The notes: generated by a model not told the origin, from the letters alone. A stretch of DNA of 64,000 nucleotides from Macrostomum hystrix (GCA_950097015.1 CATNEN010000038.1:19468001-19532000); one strand, 5' to 3'; shown: positions 1-13,500, counted from the stretch's first letter. Made by a program: numbers and translations.

Positions 1-360
1 CTCTGCTATCAGTCCCCGCTCTCTCCCACCCTCTGCAATCAGTTCCCGCTCTCTCCCACCCTCTGCTATCAGTTCCCGCTCTCTCCCACCCTCTGCTATC
101 AGTTCCCGCTCTCTCCCACCCTCTGCTATCAGTTTATGCTGTCTCCCACCCTGTGCTATCAGTTCATGCTGTCTCCCACCCTGTGCTATCAGTTCATGCT
201 GTCTCCCACCCTGTGCTATCAGTTCATGCTGTCTCCCACCCTGTGCTATCAGTTCATGCTGTCTCCCACCCTGTGCTATCAGTTCATGCTGTCTCCCACC
301 CTGTGCTATCAGTTCATGCTGTCTCCCACCCTGTGCTATCAGTTCATGCTGTCTCCCATT
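1..360. repeat. 30-bp minisatellite (CTGTGCTATCAGTTCATGCTGTCTCCCACC), ~12 copies
   Basis: Direct 30-bp periodicity; explains the repetitive ORFs at 136-392. Confidence 0.95.
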
Positions 361-1199
361 CTACACTATTAGTGGAGATTTCAATCTCATAGTTTAGATT
401 GTGTCTCATAGAAAAACAGAACATTAGGAATTCCTGTTTTAATTGCATATTTGATCGGGCAAGGGATCTTGCTTGAAAATTTGTATACTTTCGCAGCGGC
501 TAATGTCTAAATGTAATCTGTATGGCACAGACAAAGCTTCAAGACAGAACAAATAGAAGATAGTAGAAGATGGAAAAACCCTACAGGATATTAAGGCAGT
601 AGAAGAAGAGGTCTTTTTGACTATTTTATTTAGCAATCATTCTGATTCAGACAAGAGAAAGGCGTGTGTATTTCCTGTTTATCTATAGAATCAGTACAGG
701 GAAGGGGCACGACTTGTGTGTCTGTGTGTGGTACATGTAGAAACCGGTTGTCTGTTGCACTTCTGCTTTGCAGGGGCAGGAAATAACGCACCACCTTGGA
801 TTAAAAGGTGCGATTGAATTTCTAGACTAGGGACTAGAAACACAGCTTCAATTGCAAGCCTCATATAAACACTTTCATGTCGACAAAAGTACAATAAAAC
901 CTTTACCCTCTAATTAATACTGTGGGTATTAAGGAAAATGGGATATTTAGAATACCTAGGGGATATTTTTTGAACTAAGGGGATATTTAGAATTCTGACG
1001 GGATAAGTTAGAAAAAAATTAAAGATATTTTGGCAATCGGGGTTCCGTTGTTTCGAAATAAAAAGCTTTTAAGCAACTAAAAAATTACTCTAAACTACAG
1101 ACACTTATCGATCACCAAAAATGTTATAGGGGCAGAAGTCGATAAGCCACAGTTGGCAAGCGATCATTGGCAGCAAAAACAGCAAAATTAGAGAATTAA

Positions 1200-4100
1200 T
1201 CACGAGATCTCAGCCTCATCATCGGTAGTGCTAGAATTGGTTAAGCCAGTATTGACAGGTCTCGGCGTAGACGTAGCCATCAGAGTACCGGATAGCGGTC
1301 GCACATTTGTCGCCGCACTACTATTAGTAGCTGCTGGCCCGGCCGAAGATGCGGCATGGCCAAGCACGAAGCCGAAACCGCCAACACCGGCTGGTACAAA
1401 TGTCGACGATAACGGCCGTGCGTTGCTACTATTAGTAGGCACTGTTGGCAATGGCCTCCTTGGCAGGGTGCTGGCCATTGTTGAATTGGGGCCGGCAATA
1501 GGAGATTCAACGCCTTCAATTAGAGGCTCATTTAATGGCGCAGCAGCAGCTGGAGACGTGCAGCCAAGAAGAAAAGTACAACCGGGCGGCACGCTGATTG
1601 GACGAGACGATCGGATGGCGACATTGTCGGGTAGGGGCAGATTGCCTGAATCATTTGACGGTGTGCGATTGTGCTGCAGATGTACAGACAGCCTGTTGCT
1701 TTGATTATTAGATAATTGGGCAAACTGTGGACGCTGCTGCTGCTGTTGCTGCTGCTGCGGCTGGGAGGACTGCCTGCGCAACGGGGGCGCCGGAGAACTT
1801 AGCAAAAGCTGCGACAGACGCACGGGTTGGGCGCGAACCCTCGGACCGACAACAGCCTGGCAATGGCGAGTGAGTTGGAGATTACATAATTAGTCAGTTG
1901 GTCTAATTATGCGCGGAATACATTCATGAGAAACTTCCTGTAGATAAAATGTACTTAATAAGACTAATTAGTTTGCAAATATGCGTATCTATCCAGCAAC
2001 GAAATGTGAACTAAACGGAAAGGCCTAGTGATGACAGACAGAGAGACGGAACAAACATACGGACAGAGAAGCTGACAGACACCCAGGACGGACAGAAAGA
2101 CAAACAGACACCCAGGGTAGACAGACAGAAAAACAGACAGACACCCAGGGTAGACAGACAGAAAGAAAAACAGACACCCAGGGTAGACAGACAGAAAGAC
2201 AAACAGACACCCAGGGTAGACAGACAGAAAGAAAAACAGACACCCAGGGTAGACAGACAGAAAGACAAACAGACACCCAGGGTAGACAGACAGAAAAACA
2301 GACAGACACCCAGGGTAGACAGACAGAAAGACAAACAGACACCCAGGGTAGACAGACAGAAAGACAAACAGACACCCAGGGTAGACAGACAGAAAGAAAA
2401 ACAGACACCCAGGGTAGACAGACAGAAAGACAAACAGACACCCAGGACAGACAGACAGACAAACAGCCACCCAGGACAGACAGACAGACAAACAGCCACC
2501 CAGGACAGACAGACAGACAAACAGACACCCAGGACAGACAGACAGACAAACAGCCACCCAGGACAGACAGACAGACAAACAGACACCCAGGACAGACAGA
2601 CAGACAAACAGCCACCCAGGACAGACAGACAGACAAACAGACACCCAGGCCAGACACCTAGGACAGACAAACAGAAAGACAGACAGTTAGACAGACAGAA
2701 AGACAGAGAGACAGCCCAACAGACACCCATGAGAGACAGACAGACACGCAGGACAGAGAGACAGACACAATAGAAAGTGTGCGTGTAAATATTTTCGATT
2801 TCGCAGTACTTTCTAATTAATTTCATTGACTAAAATTCTAATTTCATTAAAGTTAGTCTCTGGTGTTCAGATGAAAAGTCTGCCTAGCACTTGGTTTTTG
2901 ACCAAAGGCAAAATTAAAAGAAAACAAAAATCTCTGTTCACTGAAGAAATCTGCTTTAGACTAGACGACACAAGAGATTAATTGTGAATTATAAAGGCCT
3001 GGCTTACAGATATGGCTTAAATACTGTCGTGCATGTGAAAGTACATTAGTTGATAATTGATTAAGCATAGCATTACTGCCTATGTCACAAAAAATGCTTA
3101 GTATTATCAACTAAAAATGAATGCATCTGCGCATCTGAATAATAAGTATACCTAATACATTAATTTTTTCTCACCATTTTGCTGAAATTTAAAGTTCCGA
3201 ATCTTGTGTCTGTCCCTTCTTGTTTTTCCTATTCTCTATTTCTATTGTATCACTTCATCTTTCGCAATTTTCCCTTCTTTCTCGCCATTTCATTTCCTCT
3301 CTGCTTTTCCCTACTTTCTCGCCATTTCCCTTCCTCTCTCGCCATTACCCTTCCTCTCTGGACATTAACCATCAACTCTCGCCATTACACTTCATCTCTC
3401 GCCATTACACTTCATCTCTGGACATTAACCATCAACTCTCGCCATTACACTTCATCTCTTGCCATTACACTTCCTTTCTCGCCATTGCACTTCCTCTCTG
3501 GACATTAACCATCAACTCTCGCCATTACACTTCATCTCTCGCCATTACACTTCATCTCTGGACATTAACCATCAACTCTCGCCATTACACTTCATCTCTT
3601 GCCATTACACTTCCTTTCTCGCCATTGCACTTCCTCTCTCGCCATTACCCTTCTTCTCTGGACATTAACCATCAACTCTCGCCATTACACTTCATCTCTC
3701 GCCATTACCCTTCTTCTCTGGACATTAACCATCAACTCTCGCCATTACACTTCATCTCTCGCCATTACACTTCCTTTCTCGCCGTTGCACTTCCTTTCTC
3801 GCCATTACACTTCCTTTCTCGCCATTACACTTCCTTTCTCGCCATTACACTTCCTTTCTCGCCATTACACTTCCTTTCTCGCCATTACACTTCCTCTCTC
3901 TCAAAAACCACTAAAGTACAATTAGCCTATCAATAAAGACAAGATATAATGAAACAGAACTTACCGACGCGGCCGCAGTAGCGTTGCCGTCGCCCCTTAG
4001 ACCGGAGCCTTTGCGACGAGACAGCAGAAGAGAAGCAGCGAAGCCAATCAGCAGGCACAGGCCGGCTAGGCAGAGACTGGCAGCTAGCCAAACTCTCTGG

Positions 4101-5217
4101 TCCAACAGTAGCCATAGCAACACTTGCCCGGTAACGGGACACCTGCCAGTGGAATTGGCAATTAATTCGTCTAGACAGACGCCGTCTACACCACGAAGAA
4201 CCAGCGTATGCTGCTGCTGCTGACTGCTGCTTCGAGCTCCGACTGGCAAGGAACGCAGACTGATTGACACCTGAGCTACTTGCCAGATATCATCAGATGC
4301 CGCTGTAGATGCATGTACACCTACCCCAGTAGCATTGGAGCCAATGATGGGCCTTGATGCCGATGGCCAGTCAGCAAACCACTCTTGCTGATTATTGATC
4401 GACAGTGACAATGGAGGCTGTTGCTGTTGCTGCTGCTGCTGCTGTTGCTTCCGTGATTGTATTCGATAGCGTAGCTGCAGGCACAGGTGCAAACTATCAG
4501 GACCGTCGACTAATATCTGAATTTGAAAAAAAAGTGACGACAATAGAAAACGTAAAAAATATTTCGTTACAATGATTGGTGAATTTAAAAGGGGTCGGTG
4601 GCAGAGTGGCTAATGTGTTTGCCTCCAGTACCAAGGACCCCAAGTTCGATTCCGCGGCGAGGCCCCATTAATTTGGAGAGAACGATTGGTAGCTTGTCGT
4701 GGATTTTACGCCCTTGAGGGCCAACCTCCAAGGCACAGTGAGAGTGCACACTGCCTGACGATGAGAAAGTCAGGGCAGGTGTACACACCTGTGTGAGTGT
4801 GTTCCTGTGTAAGGTATCTGTAAGCATTTCTGCTCAGGAGTCAGCGAAACGGACAAAATCGTCTTTTTGCCCGCAGCCCTCCTGCAATTATTGTTATTAT
4901 TATTGGTGAGTTTGGTAAGACAGGCTCACGTGATTGGTCAGCTCGCTAGCCTTCTCGCCGGGCATTGCGCAGAGCAGTCTAAGCTGGCCTTCGGTTGCTA
5001 CGCGCCAGGCTTGCATAGTAAAATCGCAGCAGTGACGATCGTTAAAATTGCAAGTTAACTTTTCTGCAGCCGCAACAGACGGACTGATGGTAGGCGTCGA
5101 TGGTGAAAAATTGACATCCGACACGGCGGAGGCGGTGGAAATCAGGACGACGACGATTATTACTGTTGCCGCCGCTGCGACCGCCACCGGCGCCGACAGG
5201 CAGTAGGTGACTGTCAT
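1200..5217 (-). CDS. Predicted ~498-aa type I membrane protein: N-terminal hydrophobic segment, degenerate MAM-like ectodomain, TM helix, Pro/Ser/Gln-rich tail. Exons 5217-4930, 4516-3965, 1856-1200
   Basis: Three ORF blocks join in phase 0 through canonical sites (CAC|gtgagc ... ttcag|ATA; TCG|gtaagt ... ccag|GCT). TCNFND..CCDF and LCLQLRY resemble MAM-domain motifs. TM segment VWLAASLCLAGLCLLIGFAASLLL is followed by RRK. An acceptor-like ttttacag just upstream of the ATG suggests a further 5' exon. Confidence 0.6.
2033..2770. repeat. GACA-rich compound minisatellite (30-38-bp units) in intron 2 of the membrane-protein gene
   Basis: Repeating CACCCAGG(GTA)GACAGACAGA units. Confidence 0.9.
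3275..3900. repeat. 20-bp minisatellite (TCTCGCCATTACACTTCMT) with 60-bp higher-order units
   Basis: Direct periodicity; GGACATTAACCATCAAC variant recurs every 60-120 bp. Confidence 0.9.
4590..4903 (+). mobile_element. tRNA-derived SINE, family A, near full length
   Basis: A box TGGCAGAGTGG, B box GTTCGATTCC, body GATGAGAAAGTCAGGGCAGRTGTACACACCTGTGTGAG, (TTA)n tail; homologous copies elsewhere in the window. Confidence 0.8.
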
Positions 5218-7080
5218 TAGCAACGGCGGCTGTAAAATGTTGGAGAAATAATACTAATTAACAGTTAGGCTAGCGAGTAATAGGCTAACAATAGAGTGGA
5301 TTGGCTCTTATAATTGACAAAGTATATTATATAGTATTGTATTATATCAATATACTGTATTTATTTATATAAATATTACTTTTAAACAAATATTTCTCTT
5401 CCATTAAAAATAAAATAAAATTGTGGTTGTTTACTTTACTTAATTGCCCTTTGATGACATGATCTACCAAATGAAGTAAGTCACTTTCACAATAGACTAT
5501 CCAGATAAAAGAACTTTTTACCATAAAGTGCATAATTCATCTAATGGGACATTACTGAGGTTCCACACATCTTTCAACAGATCGAAAAAGTTGGAAACTT
5601 CTGGTGATGGCTCTGTGTAGACTTAGTACAGGGGTGGGAATATTTCTGATTGGCCAGAAATGGGTGAAATTAAAAAGTGCACAGACTTTTGGGACAACCC
5701 TTATATATTGCTATCTTGTTTTAGTGAATAGTTAAGGCTCAATATTTTCTTTTGTTTTTTTTCATTTCATAATATCTGATTATATTACCCCAGTGGCTAG
5801 AATCACTGGAAGCTACAGAAATCTGCAGATAGCACCAGGCACACTATTGAGAAATTTTTTAACCCATGACAGTGTATTCAATTGAGATATATACACAGAC
5901 TGAGTGAGTGACCATCTACAGACATTATCTGTGTGCACTGCCTCATTGGCACACAATCTTAGTGTTCAAAGGTAGTTAGATAATGCATATAAGATCCAAA
6001 ATAAGAAATTAAAACATGAAATATATAAAAGTCAACCATGTAAATTCGAAATCTGCACTTTTCCTTACTGTAACAATAAACTTAAACAAATGTTTTTAAG
6101 TGAGCATCAATTGACAAATTATTTTTTGTAAATCATTAAATTTAAGTATTTATTAACAAACTTTACAAATGTACAATTAATAAAAATGTAAATCAAATTA
6201 AAAAATGATAACTCTTTTTTCTAATGTGCAATATATTTGTTTTAGTATGCACATACATTTTTGTGAATATAAAATATTTTATTGGTGTGTACTCATTCAG
6301 ACTATGGACAATTTTTTCAATATTTTACTGTATACTCACTAGCCTATAATTGGATGGTACTTGGAAACCCATGATGGTTGTAACCCATGCAGCATATGAT
6401 AGGCCTAAAAGCCACAAAAAATCAATCCTAATTAAAACCATAGTTCCTTCTTGAATTTTTTATGATACAAATTGAATTTTTGAATAGAATTAGCTATTTA
6501 AAATTAAAAAAGTATAGCATACATAATAAGCTCTTCTAACCAAAGGCAAGATTTTATTTCTTATACCTAATATAATGGCTAACTACAATACTATCTATTG
6601 CTACTCTTAATTTTGGGCTGGTAATGCAATTAGGCTTACATAGCTAGTCAGAAGCCCACACATATCCCACGCGACAATCATAAAAGTATGTGGTCCCACT
6701 GACAACTTTTTGTGCTGCACCTGATTGAAGCAATGCAAACACACAAAACTCAAGAACATAAGCCAACTTTTTTGTGTGCATCTTTTGAAACAATAATCAA
6801 GTCTAAGCAGCAAGGAACAAGTCAATTCATGGCAATTAAGTCAAATAAGAGTCACAGGATAATGTGTAATCCAATATAGGATGTGGATAATGCCAAACTG
6901 ATGCATGAGGAAGACTTAAAACCACATAAAATTATGGAGGTAGGGACTAGAATACAACTGGTTGTTAACTGGCGCAACATTTGGTATTGCAGAGAGCCCC
7001 ATACCTTCGATTGTATTTGCATTGGATTCTGGGTAGGCCCTAGGCCTAGTAAAGGTAGGGTCCCATTGATCGGATAAGTT

Positions 7081-7088
7081 ATAAAGTG
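7081..7088 (+). repeat. Left target-site duplication ATAAAGTG
   Basis: Identical to 32449-32456. It can be read as 9-bp TATAAAGTG if the terminal T at 32448 is given to the target. Confidence 0.9.
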
Positions 7089-7560
7089 ACGTCTATACTT
7101 CCAGTACCAGAACCAGTACCAGAACCAGTACCAGAAAAAAATTATGTTATAGCCAACAAAAAATCGACAAGCAACTAATAAAAAGACTTCTAACAGATGA
7201 AATACTTATATATCGGTCCGAAAATATCATTATTGAGAATAAAATTAATAAATATCGACGGACTTGCGCACAACACACAAAAAATCGTTTACTTTCACAA
7301 AACGTTTTCTAATATATGTTTTTCATAGAATAAAACAAATTTGCTCAACCAACTAAGTAAACGAATACAAAAAGCGGTTTACTAAATATCGCAACTACTA
7401 AAATCACAACTCAAAACTCACCTCATTAAATGTGTTTGTATAATTTATTATTTTTATAATCATCGTAAACTTCATCAAAAAAACTAAAAATATAACCTCA
7501 CTTTTGCGCTTCGCAGGATTATTACTCGTACATGATATACAGCTGAGAGCAATGATAAGG
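7089..7560 (+). repeat. Left unique terminal segment of the TIR (~470 bp), including 3 x 12-bp CCAGTACCAGAA
   Basis: Reverse complement of 31977-32448; one mismatch seen (about 7359 vs 32178). Confidence 0.93.
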
Positions 7561-10500
7561 AAGGAAACATTATCTGTGAACACGGCTGTAAAATTTCAGA
7601 GCCCTGACTAGTCGCGTCTCGGAGTTGTAGACCCTCGAGTCCCCCCCACTCTGATATCTCCCATTTTAAAAGTACTTTTCGTCACCTCACTGAATCTGGT
7701 GGTCAGACGAGGCTGAAAACTCAGATCTGGAAGGAAACATTATCTGTGAATACGGCTGTAAAATTTCAGAGCCCTGACTAGTCGCGTCTCGAAGTTGTAG
7801 ACCCTCGAGTCCCCCCCACTCTGATATCTCCCATTTTTAAAGTACTTTTCGTCACCTCACTGAATCTGGTGGTCAAAAAAAGCTGAAATCTCAGATCTGG
7901 AAGGAAACATTATCTGTGAACACGGCTGTAAAATTTCAGAGCCCTGACTAGTCGCGTCTCGGAGTTGTAGACCCTCGAGTCCCCCCCACTCTGATATCTC
8001 CCATTTTAAAAGTACTTTTCGTCACCTCACTGAATCTGGTGGTCAGACGAGGCTAAAAACTCAGATCTGGAAGGAAACATTATCTGTAAACACGGCTGTA
8101 AAATTTCAGAGCCCTGACTAGTCGCGTCTCGGAGTTGTAGACCCTCGAGTCCCCCCCACTCTGATATCTCCCATTTTAAAAGTACTTTTCGTCACCTCAC
8201 TGAATCTGGTGGTCAGACGAGGCTGAAAACTTAAATCTGGAAGGAAACATTATCTGTGAATACGGCTGTAAAATTTCAGAGCCCTGACTAGTCGCGTCTC
8301 GAAGTTGTAGACCCTCGAGTCCCCCCCACTCTGATATCTCCCATTTTAAAAGTACTTTTCGTCACCTCACTGAATCTGGTGGTCAAAAAAAGCTGAAATC
8401 TCAGATCTGGAAGGAAACATTATCTGTGAACACGGCTGTAAAATTTCAGAGCCCTGACTAGTCGCGTCTCGGAGTTGTAGACCCTCGAGTCCCCCCCACT
8501 CTGATATCTCCCATTTTAAAAGTACTTTTCGTCACCTCACTGAATCTGGTGGTCAGACGAGGCTGAAAACTTAAATCTGGAAGGAAACATTATCTGTGAA
8601 TACGGCTGTAAAATTTCAGAGCCCTGACTAGTCGCGTCTCGAAGTTGTAGACCCTCGAGTCCCCCCCCACTCTGATATCTCCCATTTTAAAAGTACTTTT
8701 CGTCACCTCACTGAATCTGGTGGTCAAAAAAAGCTGAAATCTCAGATCTGGAAGGAAACATTATCTGTGAACACGGCTGTAAAATTTCAGAGCCCTAACT
8801 AGTCGCGTCTCGGAGTTGTAGACCCTCGAGTCCCCCCCACTCTGATATCTCCCATTTTAAAAGTACTTTTCGTCACCTCACTGAATCTGGTGGTCAAAAA
8901 AAGCTGAAAACTCAGATCTGGAAGGAAACATTATCTGTGAACACGGCTGTAAAATTTCAGAGCCCTGACTAGTCGCGTCTCGGAGTTGTAGACCCTCGAG
9001 TCCCCCCCACTCTGATATCTCCCATTTTAAAAGTACTTTTCGTCACCTCACTGAATCTGGTGGTCAGACGAGGCTGAAAACTCAGATCTGGAAGGAAACA
9101 TTATCTGTGAACACGGCTGTAAAATTTCAGAGCCCTGACTAGTCGCGTCTCGGAGTTGTAGACCCTCGAGTCCCCCCCACTCTGATATCTCCCATTTTAA
9201 AAGTACTTTTCGTCACCTCACTGAATCTGGTGGTCAGACGAGGCTGAAAACTCAGATCTGGAAGGAAACATTATCTGTGAATACGGCTGTAAAATTTCAG
9301 AGCCCTGACTAGTCGCGTCTCGAAGTTGTAGACCCTCGAGTCCCCCCCACTCTGATATCTCCCATTTTTAAAGTACTTTTCGTCACCTCACTGAATCTGG
9401 TGGTCAAAAAAAGCTGAAATCTCAGATCTGGAAGGAAACATTATCTGTGAACACGGCTGTAAAATTTCAGAGCCCTGACTAGTCGCGTCTCGGAGTTGTA
9501 GACCCTCGAGTCCCCCCCACTCTGATATCTCCCATTTTAAAAGTACTTTTCGTCACCTCACTGAATCTGGTGGTCAGACGAGGCTGAAAACTTAAATCTG
9601 GAAGGAAACATTATCTGTGAATACGGCTGTAAAATTTCAGAGCCCTGACTAGTCGCGTCTCGAAGTTGTAGACCCTCGAGTCCCCCCCCACTCTGATATC
9701 TCCCATTTTAAAAGTACTTTTCGTCACCTCACTGAATCTGGTGGTCAAAAAAAGCTGAAATCTCAGATCTGGAAGGAAACATTATCTGTGAACACGGCTG
9801 TAAAATTTCAGAGCCCTGACTAGTCGCGTCTCGGAGTTGTAGACCCTCGAGTCCCCCCCACTCTGATATCTCCCATTTTAAAAGTACTTTTCGTCACCTC
9901 ACTGAATCTGGTGGTCAGACGAGGCTGAAAACACAGATCTGGAAGGAAACATTATCTGTGAATACGGCTGTAAAATTTCAGAGCCCTGACTAGTCGCGTC
10001 TCGAAGTTGTAGACCCTCGAGTCCCCCCCACTCTGATATCTCCCATTTTAAAAGTACTTTTCGTCACCTCACTGAATCTGGTGGTCAAAAAAAGCTGAAA
10101 TCTCAGATCTGGAAGGAAACATTATCTGTGAACACGTCTGTAAAATTTCAGAGCCCTGACTAGTCGCGTCTCGGAGTTGTAGACCCTCGAGTCCCCCCCA
10201 CTCTGATATCTCCCATTTTAAAAGTACTTTTCGTCACCTCACTGAATCTGGTGGTCAAAAAAAGCTGAAATCTCAGATCTGGAAGGAAACATTATCTGTG
10301 AACACGGCTGTAAAATTTCAGAGCCCTGACTAGTCGCGTCTCGGAGTTGTAGACCCTCGAGTCCCCCCACTCTGATATCTCCCATTTTAAAAGTACTTTT
10401 CGTCACCTCACTGAATCTGGTGGTCAAAAAAAGCTGAAAACTCAGATCTGGAAGGAAACATTATCTGTGAACACGGCTGTAAAATTTCAGAGCCCTGACT

Positions 10501-13500
10501 AGTCGCGTCTCGGAGTTGTAGACCCTCGAGTCCCCCCCACTCTGATATCTCCCATTTTAAAAGTACTTTTCGTCACCTCACTGAATCTGGTGGTCAGACG
10601 AGGCTGAAAACTCAGATCTGGAAGGAAACATTATCTGTGAATACGGCTGTAAAATTTCAGAGCCCTGACTAGTCGCGTCTCGAAGTTGTAGACCCTCGAG
10701 TCCCCCCCACTCTGATATCTCCCATTTTAAAAGTACTTTTCGTCACCTCACTGAATCTGGTGGTCAGACAAGGCTGAAAACTCAGATCTGGAAGGAAACA
10801 TTATCTGTGAATACGGCTGTAAAATTTCAGAGCCCTGACTAGTCGCGTCTCGAAGTTGTAGACCCTCGAGTCCCCCCCCACTCTGATATCTCCCATTTTA
10901 AAAGTACTTTTCGTCACCTCACTGAATCTGGTGGTCAAAAAAAGCTGAAATCTCAGATCTGGAAGGAAACATTATCTGTGAACACGGCTGTAAAATTTCA
11001 GAGCCCTGACTAGTCGCGTCTCGGAGTTGTAGACCCTCGAGTCCCCCCCACTCTGATATCTCCCATTTTAAAAGTACTTTTCGTCACCTCACTGAATCTG
11101 GTGGTCAGACGAGGCTGAAAACACAGATCTGGAAGGAAACATTATCTGTGAATACGGCTGTAAAATTTCAGAGCCCTGACTAGTCGCGTCTCGAAGTTGT
11201 AGACCCTCGAGTCCCCCCCACTCTGATATCTCCCATTTTAAAAGTACTTTTCGTCACCTCACTGAATCTGGTGGTCAAAAAAAGCTGAAATCTCAGATCT
11301 GGAAGGAAACATTATCTGTGAACACGTCTGTAAAATTTCAGAGCCCTGACTAGTCGCGTCTCGGAGTTGTAGACCCTCGAGTCCCCCCCACTCTGATATC
11401 TCCCATTTTAAAAGTACTTTTCGTCACCTCACTGAATCTGGTGGTCAAAAAAAGCTGAAATCTCAGATCTGGAAGGAAACATTATCTGTGAACACGGCTG
11501 TAAAATTTCAGAGCCCTGACTAGTCGCGTCTCGGAGTTGTAGACCCTCGAGTCCCCCCCACTCTGATATCTCCCATTTTAAAAGTACTTTTCGTCACCTC
11601 ACTGAATCTGGTGGTCAAAAAAAGCTGAAAACTCAGATCTGGAAGGAAACATTATCTGTGAACACGGCTGTAAAATTTCAGAGCCCTGACTAGTCGCGTC
11701 TCGGAGTTGTAGACCCTCGAGTCCCCCCCACTCTGATATCTCCCATTTTAAAAGTACTTTTCGTCACCTCACTGAATCTGGTGGTCAGACGAGGCTGAAA
11801 ACTCAGATCTGGAAGGAAACATTATCTGTGAATACGGCTGTAAAATTTCAGAGCCCTGACTAGTCGCGTCTCGAAGTTGTAGACCCTCGAGTCCCCCCCA
11901 CTCTGATATCTCCCATTTTAAAAGTACTTTTCGTCACCTCACTGAATCTGGTGGTCAGACAAGGCTGAAAACTCAGATCTGGAAGGAAACATTATCTGTG
12001 AACACGGCTGTAAAATTTCAGAGCCCTAACTAGTCGCGTCTCGGAGTTGTAGACCCTCGAGTCCCCCCCACTCTGATATCTCCCATTTTAAAAGTACTTT
12101 TCGTCACCTCACTGAATCTGGTGGTCAAAAAAAGCTGAAAACTCAGATCTGGAAGGAAACATTATCTGTGAACACGGCTGTAAAATTTCAGAGCCCTGAC
12201 TAGTCGCGTCTCGGAGTTGTAGACCCTCGAGTCCCCCCCACTCTGATATCTCCCATTTTAAAAGTACTTTTCGTCACCTCACTGAATCTGGTGGTCAGAC
12301 GAGGCTGAAAACTCAGATCTGGAAGGAAACATTATCTGTGAACACGGCTGTAAAATTTCAGAGCCCTGACTAGTCGCGTCTCGGAGTTGTAGACCCTCGA
12401 GTCCCCCCCACTCTGATATCTCCCATTTTAAAAGTACTTTTCGTCACCTCACTGAATCTGGTGGTCAGACGAGGCTGAAAACTCAGATCTGGAAGGAAAC
12501 ATTATCTGTGAATAACGTTCTAAAATTTCAGAGCCCTGACTAGTCGCGTCTCGAAGTTGTAGACCCTCGAGTCCCCCCCACTCTGATATCTCCCATTTTA
12601 AAAGTACTTTTCGTCACCCCACTGAATCTGGTGGTCAAAAAAAGCTGAAATCTCAGATCTGGAAGGAAACATTATCTGTGAACACGGCTGTAAAATTTCA
12701 GAGCCCTGACTAGTCGCGTCTCGGAGTTGTAGACCCTCGAGTCCCCCCCACTCTGATATCTCCCATTTTAAAAGTACTTTTCGTCACCTCACTGAATCTG
12801 GTGGTCAGACGAGGCTGAAAACTCAGATCTGGAAGGAAACATTATCTGTGAACACGGCTGTAAAATTTCAGAGCCCTGACTAGTCGCGTCTCGGAGTTGT
12901 AGACCCTCGAGTCCCCCCCACTCTGATATCTCCCATTTTAAAAGTACTTTTCGTCACCTCACTGAATCTGGTGGTCAGACGAGGCTGAAAACTCAGATCT
13001 GGAAGGAAACATTATCTGTGAACACGGCTGTAAAATTTCAGAGCCCTGACTAGTCGCGTCTCGGAGTTGTAGACCCTCGAGTCCCCCCACTCTGATATCT
13101 CCCATTTTAAAAGTACTTTTCGTCACCTCACTGAATCTGGTGGTCAAAAAAAGCTGAAAACTCAGATCTGGAAGGAAACATTATCTGTGAACACGGCTGT
13201 AAAATTTCAGAGCCCTGACTAGTCGCGTCTCGGAGTTGTAGACCCTCGAGTCCCCCCCACTCTGATATCTCCCATTTTAAAAGTACTTTTCGTCACCTCA
13301 CTGAATCTGGTGGTCAAAAAAAGCTGAAATCTCAGATCTGGAAGGAAACATTATCTGTGAATACGGCTGTAAAATTTCAGAGCCCTGACTAGTCGCGTCT
13401 CGAAGTTGTAGACCCTCGAGTCCCCCCCACTCTGATATCTCCCATTTTAAAAGTACTTTTCGTCACCTCACTGAATCTGGTGGTCAGACGAGGCTGAAAA

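Noticed and set aside
1964-3936. Cys/Leu-rich and SRHY-repeat ORFs
   Set aside because: Intronic simple repeats translated in multiple frames.
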